A program made the translations under genes and the position numbers. From Patescibacteria group bacterium (GTDB taxonomy: Bacteria; Patescibacteriota; Patescibacteriia; Patescibacteriales; UBA12465), in the NCBI GenBank assembly GCA_041656935.1, contig JBBACQ010000001.1, positions 29,459-93,458 of the forward strand: a DNA stretch of 64,000 nt, given 5' to 3'. Under the pieces are notes generated by a model. It had not been told where the DNA came from and did not search any database. It saw nothing but the letters and a program-made list of their open reading frames with translations. Positions 63,127-64,000 of the stretch are shown one piece after another. How positions within the stretch are numbered: the stretch's first letter is position 1; every line of letters starts with the position of its first letter.

Positions 63127-64000
63127 TTAGGAAAAAGGCAGATTTCCAGGAGGAGAACCTTTGCCTGACCTTACATTTAGATTATTTTTGTCTTTTTCAA
63201 ACAAATTATCGTCTTCCTTATCTTCGGAAAAAATATTCTCATTGCCGTCACTAAAAGATTCTAGAGAATCTTCTTCGAGACTAACATTGTTTCGTTTTTT
63301 ACTCTTCTTCTTATTAGTATAGTCACCTTGCAATAACTCATCTTTCAAAGAATCAGAGCTTAAGACAGTATCTTCTAAAGATAGATTAGCTGGTGGTTTA
63401 TATTTTTTAGTAGTAGTTTTCTGAACCAAGGGAGCATTGGCAGTTATTTCAATTGGGAAATGCCAAATAGTGGCCAATTCCTCAATATTTAATAAAAAAG
63501 GAGTTCGGCCTGCCCAATCATCTCGCTCAATATAATTATTAATCATCTTATTCTTTTTATCGATTAATCTTTTATCTTTGTTAAAGTAAGCTGTTTTGGT
63601 AGCTGTTACATCTAAATCCGGTTTAAAACTATTTAAATCTAAGGCGGAAAATTGTTTTATAAAACCAATAAAACCACCGACGGCTTTAGATCTATTCATA
63701 ACCTCTTTTTTAGCTAGATAAACAACCCGAATCTTACATAGAAAACCAAGTTTAGAAGATTTTTTATCAATCCCTTCTATCCTCTTCATCTGTTTGGGTG
63801 TTAAGTCCATCATTGATGTTTTTTTGAAATCATCTTTAGAAGTATCTTTAACATCACCCCATAATGAATAAATAATTTCACTTAAATCAGAAATAATATC
63901 AACCACTAAATCAATAATTTTATTTATAAAAGTAGTCTCTTTCTTTCTTCCTAATATTTTATCAATCTCATCTTTTCCATCATTCATCCAATCAAAACCA
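63127..64000 (-). CDS. Hypothetical protein, probably 5'-truncated by the window end
   Basis: The reading frame stays open upstream of the listed Met (..GFDW-MNDGK), so the true start may lie beyond 64000. Low-complexity acidic C-terminus. Confidence 0.5.
   Translation of the reverse strand, partial: GFDWMNDGKDEIDKILGRKKETTFINKIIDLVVDIISDLSEIIYSLWGDVKDTSKDDFKKTSMMDLTPKQMKRIEGIDKKSSKLGFLCKIRVVYLAKKEVMNRSKAVGGFIGFIKQFSALDLNSFKPDLDVTATKTAYFNKDKRLIDKKNKMINNYIERDDWAGRTPFLLNIEELATIWHFPIEITANAPLVQKTTTKKYKPPANLSLEDTVLSSDSLKDELLQGDYTNKKKSKKRNNVSLEEDSLESFSDGNENIFSEDKEDDNLFEKDKNNLNVRSGKGSPPGNLPFS

Noticed and set aside
1-64000. Alternative genetic code (UGA as a sense codon), as in some CPR lineages
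   Set aside because: RF2, the UGA-reading release factor, is present and intact. Conserved genes such as fusA, thrS, cysS and hydA are full-length under the standard code.

Overview
AT-rich, gene-dense bacterial window with almost all genes on the minus strand. The content looks like a reduced-genome Patescibacteria/CPR-type organism, inferred from gene content only. Supporting traits are modular type IV pilin-like proteins (LamG or Fib_succ_major C-termini), a DUF4012 plus GT4 surface cluster, archaeal-type class I aldolase, an [FeFe] hydrogenase module, ComEC, and a dcw cluster lacking murE. Housekeeping blocks are rpsL-rpsG-fusA, mraZ-rsmH-ftsL-ftsI-murF-prfB, thrS, rpsB-tsf, gap, cysS-tgt, and nifS and iscU. 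The main finding is at about 32.3-38.3 kb. An IntI-like tyrosine recombinase (37501-38310, +) is transcribed divergently from three consecutive minus-strand units. Each unit ends in an RYYYAAC-stem-loop-stem-GTTRRRY site. Each unit begins with bases complementary to its own distal inverse core, which is the footprint of integron cassette insertion at G|TT. The recombinase lacks the IntI-specific insertion, and the cassette ends carry unusually long terminal inverted repeats (33 to about 150 nt). Cassette A (3.2 kb) carries an M.HaeIII-like R-M pair plus a TIR-like (DUF1863-type) protein with a small multi-TM partner, a candidate abortive-infection module. Other notable items are a 130-bp x 4.4 tandem array carrying a 14-nt match to the T7 promoter recognition core, a well-formed Thr T-box leader on thrS, a long palindromic insert inside the str operon, and a TGT lacking all four zinc ligands. 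No rRNA, tRNA or CRISPR was found.
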